Source: a virus (lineage: Duplodnaviria; Caudoviricetes). Taken from it: DNA of 62,818 bases. The translations under genes were made by a program, and so were the position numbers. Below are positions 47,104 to 57,190 of the stretch, one piece after another. Where the stretch lies: positions 1 to 62,818 of IMG/VR virus record IMGVR_UViG_3300030329_003652. The stretch is one strand, 5' to 3'. The notes under the pieces were generated by a model. The model did not search any database. It was not told where the DNA came from and worked only from the letters and a program-made list of their open reading frames with translations. Every line of letters starts with the position of its first letter. Within the stretch, counting starts at the first letter, position 1.

Positions 47104-48120
47104 ATGGTAAGAACAGGTGCACATGGTTATTTAGAGTGGGGATTTGAATCTTCATACGCTAGTGGTGGCACAGCAGATAAGAAATTTGGTCTTCAAGACA
47201 GATTAAGTAGTCTCTCATTAACCAATAATAGAATAAATTTACCTAGTTTGAACCAAAATACATTACATTCATTCGCCTATGGTCAACAGGCAGGTTCAGC
47301 TTCAGTTTCATTCGTTTTATCAAACCCTTGGATTATAGGGGCAATTTTAGGAGCACCAACAACATCAACCGAATCAGGTTCATTGAAAAAACACCAATAC
47401 CCTGCATCAGGTGGTTTAAATAAAGAACCAAGAACTATATTAATGGAAATAGGATTTGATGGAGCATCTGCTGACTTGGTAAGAACAGTAAAAGGTGGTC
47501 TTGTTAATAATTTATCAATTTCAACATCAGTTGGAGGACTAGTTGAATGTACTGCAGATATTAGTTATGGTTCAGAATCAGCACCAAGTACATCATTAGG
47601 TTCAGCACCAACCAAACCTGCAACTTCTAATGAGTTTCCTTACACATTTGCACATGCAGAATTAAGAGTAGGTGGAAACTTAGTTGCAAAATGTCAAGAT
47701 ATGAATTTGGCATTAGCACAAAATGGAGAATTATTATATGGCTTAAACTCTCACCAAGCAGTTGATGCTTATAGAAGAGTGTTAGATATAACAGGTTCAT
47801 TTAGAGCAGCATGGGTAAACAAAACATTATTAGAAGAAGTTTTAGAACAAATCAAAGCAGGTTCAAGTTCAGGCACATATAGTGAAACAGTGGGTGGTTC
47901 ACCAGAATTTAGACTCATATTCAATAAAACTGACAGCATTGCAAGCAATGGTACTTTTACACCAAGCGATCAATCAATAGAAATAACTTTATCTGGTCTC
48001 TCTATCAGTGATTTAGGAATATCAGGATTTGAACCAGTAGAACCAATATTTGAAGAGATAAACTGGCAAGCCAAAACAATTACAGTTAAAGCCTACAACA
48101 CACAAACAGCAGAAGAATAG
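47104..48120 (+). CDS. major tail tube protein
   Basis: GFESSYA, G.VNNLSIS, DITGSF pattern; precedes chaperone and TMP. Confidence 0.8.
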   Translation: MVRTGAHGYLEWGFESSYASGGTADKKFGLQDRLSSLSLTNNRINLPSLNQNTLHSFAYGQQAGSASVSFVLSNPWIIGAILGAPTTSTESGSLKKHQYPASGGLNKEPRTILMEIGFDGASADLVRTVKGGLVNNLSISTSVGGLVECTADISYGSESAPSTSLGSAPTKPATSNEFPYTFAHAELRVGGNLVAKCQDMNLALAQNGELLYGLNSHQAVDAYRRVLDITGSFRAAWVNKTLLEEVLEQIKAGSSSGTYSETVGGSPEFRLIFNKTDSIASNGTFTPSDQSIEITLSGLSISDLGISGFEPVEPIFEEINWQAKTITVKAYNTQTAEE

Positions 48121-48155
48121 AAAGGCTTTTAAGTGATATACAGATATTATTTTTT

Positions 48156-48652
48156 GTGGCACTAAAAGAATTTAATATAGATTGGGAAGGAAAGCAAGAA
48201 ACCATAGAATATGAAGATGATATTACTTTTGGTGAGCTTGAAAATATTTTAAATAAATGTTTAGATTTATCTGATGTTCAAAAACCGAAGGTTAACATAC
48301 CTCTTTATAGGCAGTTAATCTTAACTGCAGTTCTTAGAAAAGCTCCATTTCCTATTAAGGATACTTCAGCTATTAGGAACTTAAAAATTAGCCAAGCCAA
48401 AACAATCATGGTGGAGGTCATGAAGTCCTACCCTTTAATGAAATACATGGAAGAGTGGGTGGAAACATTCGTAGGCGAAATGGAAGGTATGGAAAACGAA
48501 CCTCATCAATCTACTATTTCTTCGCAAGAGAATTTGGTTGGACAAAAGAACAAGTAGATGCTCAACCTACAATTTATCTAAATTCTATCATAGAGGAGTT
48601 TCGTGAGGAACAACGCAAAGAACGTGTAAATTTAAATAGGAACATGAGGTAG
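48156..48652 (+). CDS. tail assembly chaperone pair (48156-48557 plus -1 frame extension to 48652)
   Basis: Overlapping -1 ORF with FGWT..QV..QP; G-GAA-AAC at 48491-48497. Confidence 0.7.
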
Positions 48653-48660
48653 AGACTTAT

Positions 48661-50088
48661 ATGGCAGAAGCAGATGAATTTACATGGAAAGAAGCAGAGC
48701 ATTTTGAAAATATTAAACTACAAAATGCTCGAATAATCCAAAAAATGATGACGGAACGAATGAATCGTGAAGACAAACTCATGAGAGAACGAAGAATGTT
48801 GGAAGTCATGACCAGAATTCCTAATATGGGTGGAGTTGGTGGTGGAGCTATGGGATTAGGTATGGGATTTTTACAAAATATTATTGGAACAAAATTTATG
48901 GGCTTTAATAGACTTAAAGATTTACAAGATAAAGAAGCTGGTGGTGAAACATTAACATCAGAAGAATTAAAAGAAAAAGATATGTTATCTGGTCAAAAAA
49001 GATCAAATTCATTATTTCAAAGATTAGATAAAACATTTGACAAGCATTTTGGAGGAGACTCTAAATGGAATAAATTCTTTGCAGGTCAAGGAAAGGCTGC
49101 AGCTCTAGGTATGGGTGCAGGTGCTGCTGCAGGTGGAATGATGTTAGGGAAAGCAATTATTGATTCATCTCCTATGTTCCAACAAATGTTGAAATTACTT
49201 AACTTTGGTATAATGATGATATTGAGACCGATAGGTGACTTCTTTGGTTTCTTAATGAGACCAATTATGATAATGTTACTTAGGAAATTTATTATTCCTT
49301 TCTATCAAGAATATATGCCAATAATGCAAGAGATGGGAGACTATATAGGAAATATAGTTGCACCAGTCTTGGAAAAAATATTACTAGGTGTAACTGGTGT
49401 TGTACAACTACTTGCAGCAGCAAGTCCAATAGCAATGTTGATGGGAAAATCAAATGAATTATATACTGCAGGTATGGCAAATCTACAAGCTGCACTTCAA
49501 GGTGATTTAAATACAAATGTTGTAACACCTGAACTAAGAGATGCAGGTGCAAAAATCACAGAAGCAGTGCAAGCAAATGGAACTTTATTAGCTGCAAAAT
49601 ATGAAGCAACTGCATCAGCATTAACACGATTAACTGAAGCACCAACAACAAAAGCTTCAAGTGAAGCAATAACTACAATTTCAAAACAAATAGGTGATTG
49701 GACAACATCAATGTCTTCTGTGTTAACCAGAGAAGGATTAATGAAAGTTGGAAGATACACCACAGAAACCATGGCAGGTCTTAAGGAAGGAAGATTTGAA
49801 AATGCAGAAGATGCAATGTATTGGTTTGCTCAACAGATGTTTAAAGGTGGTGTTAACAAATATGCTCAAGGTGGAATTATTAATGAACCAATTATGGGAG
49901 TTGGAAGATCAGGTCAGGCATATATGTTTGGTGAATCAGGTGCAGAATCAGTAACTCCATTAAGTAACACGGATAATAAATCAGTAGTAATTAATGTATA
50001 TGGTGATGTTGACCAAAACACAATGCAAACATTTGAAAGAAAAGTTCTTGAAGTACTTGGTAGGTCTAACGCTAGAAGGGGATTATAA
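48661..50088 (+). CDS. tape measure protein (short, 475 aa)
   Basis: A/G/M-rich helical; C-terminal YAQGGII..P...GESGAESVTPL and VVINVYG. Confidence 0.8.
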   Translation: MAEADEFTWKEAEHFENIKLQNARIIQKMMTERMNREDKLMRERRMLEVMTRIPNMGGVGGGAMGLGMGFLQNIIGTKFMGFNRLKDLQDKEAGGETLTSEELKEKDMLSGQKRSNSLFQRLDKTFDKHFGGDSKWNKFFAGQGKAAALGMGAGAAAGGMMLGKAIIDSSPMFQQMLKLLNFGIMMILRPIGDFFGFLMRPIMIMLLRKFIIPFYQEYMPIMQEMGDYIGNIVAPVLEKILLGVTGVVQLLAAASPIAMLMGKSNELYTAGMANLQAALQGDLNTNVVTPELRDAGAKITEAVQANGTLLAAKYEATASALTRLTEAPTTKASSEAITTISKQIGDWTTSMSSVLTREGLMKVGRYTTETMAGLKEGRFENAEDAMYWFAQQMFKGGVNKYAQGGIINEPIMGVGRSGQAYMFGESGAESVTPLSNTDNKSVVINVYGDVDQNTMQTFERKVLEVLGRSNARRGL

Positions 50089-50900
50089 TGGGTACAATTT
50101 ATTTAAGAAGGTTAGACGATGCAGGTGGAAGTAGTGGTATTGTTTCTTATTGGTATAAAATTCCAGTTTTTGATGATATTAGCATAGATTATAATTCACC
50201 TGCTTCTCCAATGCCTTTACCAGAGGAAGATGATGAAGAACAAATAATTGTAAAAGTTGAAGGAAACTCTTCTACTGTATCTGTGAGTTGGCTTATTAAA
50301 GAAGAGACATCTAATATGGGTGCAGCAAACACACCTTCGTTTAGTTGGGGTGCTGATATTAAAAAAGTGTGGGAACAAGTAAGTTTCTTACAAGAGAAAT
50401 TTGTTCCAACTTCAGTGAGCGATAGTTTTGAAATATGTTTTGATGCAGAAGATGTAGTGACAGGAATATTAACTAATAATGCAGCATTTGATTTTAAAAA
50501 GGCAGGTACTATAACTAAATTAGGATTCAGAATACCAAGTAATGAACCTGCAACTTTAAGGGCTACATTGACATTCATGGTAGGTAATGTAGTTACTGCA
50601 TATGCATTGGATACACCATCAGCACCAAAAGATATATCTGTAACATCAACAGTTGCTAATAGATTAGATGCATCTTGGTCAGCACCAAGAACTACAGGTC
50701 AGGGAACTATAAAATATTGGGTATTCTATAAAAGGCAGGGTACAACTAATTGGCTTGAAGAAGCTAATATCTCTTCTACTTCGGTTCAAATTTCACTTGG
50801 AAGTGGTCTATCTGATACTGTATGGGATGTATATGTTAGAGCAAAGAACGATAATGGTTACGGTGAAAGAACAGAAATAAGAGAAGTGACCATAGAATGA
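50088..50900 (+). CDS. distal tail protein with C-terminal FN3 domain
   Basis: Follows TMP; PSAP...SWSAP...Y...GL...VRAKN..GYG. Confidence 0.7.
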   Translation: MGTIYLRRLDDAGGSSGIVSYWYKIPVFDDISIDYNSPASPMPLPEEDDEEQIIVKVEGNSSTVSVSWLIKEETSNMGAANTPSFSWGADIKKVWEQVSFLQEKFVPTSVSDSFEICFDAEDVVTGILTNNAAFDFKKAGTITKLGFRIPSNEPATLRATLTFMVGNVVTAYALDTPSAPKDISVTSTVANRLDASWSAPRTTGQGTIKYWVFYKRQGTTNWLEEANISSTSVQISLGSGLSDTVWDVYVRAKNDNGYGERTEIREVTIE

Positions 50901-53083
50901 GTAAGAAATTAGCAAAGCTTATAGCTGTGTCATCTGGTAGTACAGAAGAAGTAAAATTATTGGAAGCAGTTGTTCGTAAAGAAGGAACAAGAACTGTTGA
51001 TACTGCACAGTTTAAATTACCTGCTAGTGCAAAAGTAAATCAACATGATAAAGTTAGATATATACAAGATATAAATGATGTTACTCATTTAACTGCAATT
51101 TACAATTTTCAAGGTTCTACTAGAGATGAAGGTGGGTTTAATTTAGACGGTAATGATACATATGATGGTGTCATACACCCAGATGCTACTAAAACTGTTA
51201 ATAGTATAAGCTTTGACAATTCACATGATGCAAGTTATAATGAAGCCAAAGCAAGAAGTTTTATGAATTATAATATAATATATGCAGAGAATAATTATAC
51301 AACTATCACTCATAATACTAAATTTGACTTTTCTAAACAATTTGATATTGTATGTATGGCATCGTCAGCACTTGGAGGAAATGATCATTCTGATGGAAGT
51401 AAGTCTATATTATTTAGTAAGATGGATTCATCTGGTAATGGGTTAGAGATAGGTTTAATTAGAAAAACTGTTGGTTTTAACACATATTGGGTAGGTTATG
51501 CTAGAGTCCGTTTTAATTCAATAGAAAGAGAATTCAAACATGAATGGAAAGCTGGTGGTGGAATAGAGTATTCAAAAGTAGAAAAACATAGAACATTTAC
51601 TTTGAGATTATGGAGAGAGGGTGATAATAAAATAAGATTTTCATTTGATAATGAACAAAATGGTTCATGGTATAATGGTTCAACATCTTTGAATACATTA
51701 GAATTAGATACAACAAATTCTGGTTCATCAGATACACCAACTCCTCCACACACACTCGCTAATACACAGAATATATTCATAGGTGCAGGTAGAGATGGTT
51801 CTAATAACGCAGCTAATAAATGGAGAGGATTGGCTACACAAATTAAGATATACACAGGTGGTTATCTTAACTCAAAAGAAATGAATTTATATCAAATGAG
51901 TTCTCCTACTCCAACAACCATGAAATTTAGTGGAAAAGTAACTGCTTTGAAAGATAGTGTAAAATACAAAAATTTAAGCTGCAAGGGTGATGGAGATGTT
52001 ATTTTGAATCATTCTTTCAACTCATCTCAATTTAATAATAGTACACCAAATGATTCTTCTTTTATTACTAGAGTAACCATAGATAGTACTAAGAAAAACA
52101 TATACGCTGCCAACTCTTCGACAGATAATATTATGAAGTCATTGATACTTTTAGCTGATTCTGAGTTTTCTGTTGTTGTGGGTTCTGGGTATGATTCACA
52201 TAATTTATCAGGAAAATATGTTGCAGAGGGTGGATTTTTACCAAATGTAAGAGCAGTGTTAAATGGATTATCTAATGCATCTTTTTGGTCTAATGGAAGA
52301 AAAGTTTTATTTTTAGAAGAAAATGATGGTGTATTTGCAAATATTGAGTATAAGAGTAATCTTGGAGAAGAAGGAAGGGGTGTGAAAATTTTAGAGATAG
52401 GAAGGTCTAGTGCGTATTTAGTTAATTCAGTTGAATTATTAGGTAGACAATTCTTAAAACATAATTATAGTGTTTTGAGCAGTGTCAGTAGTGGTACAAC
52501 AACCACACTTAATCATACACCAGTGAATCTAAGAATAACACATGACGGTGCAAATAACGTGCCATTAGTACAAAACACAGATTATTCAGTTGATTATGAT
52601 GAACGAAAAGTAACATTTCTAGGCAGTAAATCTAATATTAAAATAGAATATGATTATGAAGATATATCAGGTTCATCTAATAGTTATTTTTTGGACAGTG
52701 ATTCTTCATCAATATCAACATATGGAAAATATGATAGAAGATATTTTATACCACAACTTACAAAATTTCAAGATTTTCAAAGACTTGGGCAAAAACTTAT
52801 ACTTAGAAATAAGGTTCCAAACGATAGGTATCAAGTTGAATTACCTTTCTTGGCTAATAATATAAGAGAAAATCATAGGGTAACTATAAAAAATAGAAGA
52901 ACTGTGTCAGAAGGTCAATCTAATGGCGTAGAATTGGTTATAAAACAGATAGAATGGCATTATCCAGTCGTGAAGACAATAATTCAAGTGGGGGAAAATT
53001 TAATAGATGGCTTTGATCTTGACCAAGCCGATTCGTTAAATTTATCTAGTAGTATATCTTCGATTCAGAAGACTAAATCATAG
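50897..53083 (+). CDS. baseplate hub/Tal-like protein with LamG-like insert
   Basis: Position; SISTYGKY; IFIG...WRG...IKIY. Confidence 0.65.
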   Translation: MSKKLAKLIAVSSGSTEEVKLLEAVVRKEGTRTVDTAQFKLPASAKVNQHDKVRYIQDINDVTHLTAIYNFQGSTRDEGGFNLDGNDTYDGVIHPDATKTVNSISFDNSHDASYNEAKARSFMNYNIIYAENNYTTITHNTKFDFSKQFDIVCMASSALGGNDHSDGSKSILFSKMDSSGNGLEIGLIRKTVGFNTYWVGYARVRFNSIEREFKHEWKAGGGIEYSKVEKHRTFTLRLWREGDNKIRFSFDNEQNGSWYNGSTSLNTLELDTTNSGSSDTPTPPHTLANTQNIFIGAGRDGSNNAANKWRGLATQIKIYTGGYLNSKEMNLYQMSSPTPTTMKFSGKVTALKDSVKYKNLSCKGDGDVILNHSFNSSQFNNSTPNDSSFITRVTIDSTKKNIYAANSSTDNIMKSLILLADSEFSVVVGSGYDSHNLSGKYVAEGGFLPNVRAVLNGLSNASFWSNGRKVLFLEENDGVFANIEYKSNLGEEGRGVKILEIGRSSAYLVNSVELLGRQFLKHNYSVLSSVSSGTTTTLNHTPVNLRITHDGANNVPLVQNTDYSVDYDERKVTFLGSKSNIKIEYDYEDISGSSNSYFLDSDSSSISTYGKYDRRYFIPQLTKFQDFQRLGQKLILRNKVPNDRYQVELPFLANNIRENHRVTIKNRRTVSEGQSNGVELVIKQIEWHYPVVKTIIQVGENLIDGFDLDQADSLNLSSSISSIQKTKS

Positions 53084-53121
53084 TCAGAATATTTAAATAC
53101 TACAAATTGTTCTGATATAGT

Positions 53122-53721
53122 ATGATTGGTCTAATAAAAGGAAACAGAAACCAAATACCAAAAGATATTGATCCTAAAAACAACATTTGTGTAGTTAGAA
53201 CAGATGTAAACGGAGACAAAGAATGGTACTATGGAGCAAACATAGTCACAAATGACGGTGACATTTATTATGCAAAAAGAGCATGCTCAGAAACACCTTC
53301 TTCAAATGAGAACTTTGGAGCAGTTGCAAGTGGAGCAGGTGCAACATGTATTCTACAAAACCCATCAAGTGCAAACTCTTTAGCAAAAACTGATACTTAT
53401 AATAATGTAACAAACCCTATTGTTTCAAGTGGAGCACAGAAAGACTGTACTTCAGCATATCCAAAAACCAATGACAGCGATTCTGATAATACAGGCGCAG
53501 GAGTTGACGTTGTAACTTATAAATTCTCATGGACTACATCACAAATTGATACTAGTTCAGGTAATGCAATTACTGGTGGATGTATTGTCGATAAGGCAGC
53601 AACACTAAGCGGCAACCCAAAAATTTTAACTCACTGGAACTTTTCAAGTCCAGCAAGTTTCCACAAAACAAGCACAGATACTCTGACCTTGTACGTTAAT
53701 CACACAATGAATGGAGTATAG
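53122..53721 (+). CDS. minor tail protein
   Basis: NIVTNDG and KTSTDTLTL motifs common in tail-tip proteins. Confidence 0.6.
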   Translation: MIGLIKGNRNQIPKDIDPKNNICVVRTDVNGDKEWYYGANIVTNDGDIYYAKRACSETPSSNENFGAVASGAGATCILQNPSSANSLAKTDTYNNVTNPIVSSGAQKDCTSAYPKTNDSDSDNTGAGVDVVTYKFSWTTSQIDTSSGNAITGGCIVDKAATLSGNPKILTHWNFSSPASFHKTSTDTLTLYVNHTMNGV

Positions 53722-53726
53722 TCTAA

Positions 53727-53879
53727 ATGACTATGACCATGAAGGGAGTGTTTAATCTCTTAGAACGAATCAATCTAAGAAACACTGGTCGTTCAGGTTT
53801 AGATGATAAAGTAAGATTTGAGGAAAAGATTAGTTTTAAATTAACAAAAGCTGACGGCAAAGAGGTTAAAGGTAATTAA
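53727..53879 (+). CDS. 50-aa hypothetical protein (not in ORF track)
   Basis: MTMTMKGVFNLLERINLR...; fills the gap between neighbours. Confidence 0.5.
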   Translation: MTMTMKGVFNLLERINLRNTGRSGLDDKVRFEEKISFKLTKADGKEVKGN

Positions 53880-53881
53880 CT

Positions 53882-54967
53882 ATGGCACGTAAAGCACTAT
53901 ACAAACACGCAACACAAGTAGATACAACTGCTTATCCAGATGATGGGAGTTCCCCTGTTGGTTCGAATGAATGGAACGCTGATCCAGATGCACAAGGTAT
54001 GTTGGGATTTACTCCAGCTAATGCCACACGTACTATATCTAGTGGTGTTGTAACACCAACTGACTCAGTTCATATAATCGCAGCAGAATCAGGTACATCA
54101 GATGATTTAGATAAATTAGCAATAGCAAACACAAATCAATATGATTTGATATACCTCTTTGCAGATACAGGTGACACTATCACATTAAAGAACACATCAA
54201 ACCCATCAGCAGATGGTCAAATTAAAACAGTATCAGATGCAGATGAAACTCTATCAACAACCAAACCTTCAATCCTTATCAGAAAAGGAAATTATTGGTA
54301 CGGTTATGGAGGAGGTAGTGTAGGTGCAGGTTCTATTACAACAGCAAAATTAGCTGATGATGCAGTAACAAATGCAAAAATAGCTGACGACCAAATTGAT
54401 AGTGAACATTATGTAGATGGAAGTATTGACACAGCACATTTAGCAGCAGATGCAGTTGACGGTACAAAAATAGCTGATAATGCAATAAATAGTGAGCATT
54501 ATACTGATGGTAGTATAGACTTAGCACACTTATCAGCCGACTCAGTAGATGGTACAAAAATAGCTGATGATGCAATAAACAGCGAACATTATGCAGATGG
54601 TAGTATTGACACAGCACATATTGCTGACAATCAAGTAACACTAGCAAAAATGGCAGGTTTAGCAAGAGGTAAAATTATTTATGGTGATGCAAGTGGAAAT
54701 CCAGCAGCATTAACAATAGGTACTAACGGTCAAGCATTAAAATCTGATGGAACTGATCTAGTATGGGGATCAGCAGGAGGAGGAGCAACCATAGTTCACA
54801 CTTTTACTAATTCAACTAACACATCATATGCAGGTACAGCATCATCATTTAGTACTGTAGGTGTAGGTGATAGAGATATTTACGTCAAGAAAATTGATGC
54901 AAATAACGAAGGTGTTTTCACAAAAATTTGGAAAAACGGTTCGGCAGTAGAAGTGCAGATAGCGTAG
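53882..54967 (+). CDS. tail fibre with 10-aa (30-aa super-unit) repeats
   Basis: ADDAVTNAKI / ADxxIxSEHY / xDGSIDTAHL x3; GTNGQALKSDG...W. Confidence 0.75.
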   Translation: MARKALYKHATQVDTTAYPDDGSSPVGSNEWNADPDAQGMLGFTPANATRTISSGVVTPTDSVHIIAAESGTSDDLDKLAIANTNQYDLIYLFADTGDTITLKNTSNPSADGQIKTVSDADETLSTTKPSILIRKGNYWYGYGGGSVGAGSITTAKLADDAVTNAKIADDQIDSEHYVDGSIDTAHLAADAVDGTKIADNAINSEHYTDGSIDLAHLSADSVDGTKIADDAINSEHYADGSIDTAHIADNQVTLAKMAGLARGKIIYGDASGNPAALTIGTNGQALKSDGTDLVWGSAGGGATIVHTFTNSTNTSYAGTASSFSTVGVGDRDIYVKKIDANNEGVFTKIWKNGSAVEVQIA

Positions 54968-54977
54968 GTGATTAACG

Positions 54978-56048
54978 GTGGTTAATTATCTCAGTGGTGG
55001 TATTATTGAAGGAAGTTCTACACTAACAACATCACCTCCAGCTACAAGTTGGAAAGAATTAGGTAGAACTACATTAACAAGTACAAATGATTCAATAGAT
55101 GTTTCAAGTTTTGCTGCTAAAGATAATTTAATGATATTATGTAATGTTATTAATTCAGGTGGAGATTTTAGAACATTTTGGAGATTTAACTCTGACACAA
55201 ACAGTAATTATTCCCAAAGATATAACACAAACGGTGGTAGTGATAGCACAAACACATCATTAAATGGAACTATGGATTGGAATACTGCCGAATCTGTTCA
55301 AAGTTTTGAGGTTCTTAATATAACAAATATAGCATCACAAGAAAAATTAGGAATAAAACGTAAGATAGGCAGTAATACGGCAGGAGCTGGTAATGCTCCT
55401 AACAGAGCAGAGATTGTTGGTAAGTGGGCTAACACTTCTAATCAAATAACATCAGTATCAGTTGGCGATGCAGTAGATCCAAAATCAGGTACAGGTGGTA
55501 TTGGTAGTGAAGTAGTCGTATTAGGTTGTGATAATGATGAAGCTGATAGTGGCACAAACTTTTGGCAAGAGTTAGCAAGTGTTACATTAGGTAGTGATGG
55601 AGATTTAATTGATTCAAATACATTTACAGCTAAAAAATACTTGATGATTGAGGCAATAGGTTATAGAACAAATGCTTCCATTATCCCTGCTTTGAGAGTA
55701 GGTAATGGAACTTTAGATACAGGTTCAAATTATGCACGAAGGCAATCAGTTAATGGTGGTTCTGACGGTACTGTAACAGGTCAATCAAGTATGGGTGGCG
55801 ACAGTGGAGCAGGGTATTTAACACATGATGTTTATTTCATTATAAACAAATCAGATAAAGAAAAATTAATCATTAATGAATGTATTATAACAGCAAGTGG
55901 TGCAGGATCAGCTCCAGATAGAGCTGAAATTGTTGGTAAATGGGCTAACACCTCTGCACAAATTAATCGTGTAGGATATCTAAACGTAGGTGGGGGTTCT
56001 TCTGACTTTGGTTCTGGAAGTTCACTAAAAGTATGGGGTGCTGACTAA
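54978..56048 (+). CDS. adhesin/fibre protein, two modules
   Basis: WKELGRTTL...RFNSD..SNY..R..NGGSD...EKL...GKWANTS, twice. Confidence 0.7.
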   Translation: MVNYLSGGIIEGSSTLTTSPPATSWKELGRTTLTSTNDSIDVSSFAAKDNLMILCNVINSGGDFRTFWRFNSDTNSNYSQRYNTNGGSDSTNTSLNGTMDWNTAESVQSFEVLNITNIASQEKLGIKRKIGSNTAGAGNAPNRAEIVGKWANTSNQITSVSVGDAVDPKSGTGGIGSEVVVLGCDNDEADSGTNFWQELASVTLGSDGDLIDSNTFTAKKYLMIEAIGYRTNASIIPALRVGNGTLDTGSNYARRQSVNGGSDGTVTGQSSMGGDSGAGYLTHDVYFIINKSDKEKLIINECIITASGAGSAPDRAEIVGKWANTSAQINRVGYLNVGGGSSDFGSGSSLKVWGAD

Positions 56049-57190
56049 TGGTAGGTACTTGGCAAAGATTAGCACACGTTGAATTGTCATCAAATGGTAA
56101 TTTATCAACAGGTACATTTACTGCCAAAGATAATCTTAAAGTTGTAGTTTGGTTCAAACCAACAAGTGCAAACACAAGTGGAATGGTTATGAATAATGAT
56201 ACAAATTATAATTACTCAAATAGAAGAAGTAAGAATGGTGGTTCAGATGAGACAAGAACAAGTTCAGATTCACTAGCTGGAATACAACTAAACGGTAATT
56301 ATAATGAGGGTGATTGGTCGTTCGCAACTTCATATATTACAAACATAGCAACTAAGGAAAAATTAGCAATTAATGAGTTTATGACACAGAATACAGCAGG
56401 AGCAGGAACAGCTCCTGAAAGAGTTGAAAGTGTGGGCAAGTGGACAAATACATCAGATCAGATTACAGAAATTGATATAACAGATGGAGCTGGTTCAGCT
56501 TTGACACTAACAACAGGTTCATACATAACCGTATTTGGTGCAAGTAGTGATATTATAACAGATGAAAAAACTACACTAACAAACGTTCCAGCAAATACAC
56601 AATATCGTGAAACAGATACAAGAAAAATATATAGATTTGTAACAACATCAAGTAGTCATTCAGGTGGAACATCAGGTTCAGATGATGTATCAGGTATCGG
56701 TGCAGATGGAAGTAATCCAAGAGGTGGTTGGGGTCAACAAATTAAAACAGGTCATCCTTTAGTCGGTAAAAAGTTAAAAACTTTAACTGTTACCACAAGA
56801 CTTTCTTCTGACATAGGTGGTCGTTCAGATAAAGACATGACAGTAAAAGTATTTGCTGGTACAACATCTACAATAAGAGGAACAAGTGAAGCAATAAACA
56901 CATCAACATTAACAACTGCTGGAACGTGGTATGATAAGACATTTACATTTACAAATGCAGTTGAACTTTCAGCAGATGATTGTATTTGTGTTTGTGTAGA
57001 TGGTGATACAGGTTCAAGTGGTGGTTGGAACGCAAAAATTAAAGGTTCACCTGAAGATACTAACAAAGGTTATTGGGTAGCATTTCAAGATGCAACAAAT
57101 CCAACAGGTGGTAGTATTCAAACAAACAGATCAATGATTTACACAGCAACTTATGAACAAGATGTATGGAAGGATAGAGGTACTGCATAA
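56048..57190 (+). CDS. adhesin/fibre protein, one module plus unrelated beta domain
   Basis: Module followed by NVPANTQYRETDTRKIY. Confidence 0.7.
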   Translation: MVGTWQRLAHVELSSNGNLSTGTFTAKDNLKVVVWFKPTSANTSGMVMNNDTNYNYSNRRSKNGGSDETRTSSDSLAGIQLNGNYNEGDWSFATSYITNIATKEKLAINEFMTQNTAGAGTAPERVESVGKWTNTSDQITEIDITDGAGSALTLTTGSYITVFGASSDIITDEKTTLTNVPANTQYRETDTRKIYRFVTTSSSHSGGTSGSDDVSGIGADGSNPRGGWGQQIKTGHPLVGKKLKTLTVTTRLSSDIGGRSDKDMTVKVFAGTTSTIRGTSEAINTSTLTTAGTWYDKTFTFTNAVELSADDCICVCVDGDTGSSGGWNAKIKGSPEDTNKGYWVAFQDATNPTGGSIQTNRSMIYTATYEQDVWKDRGTA

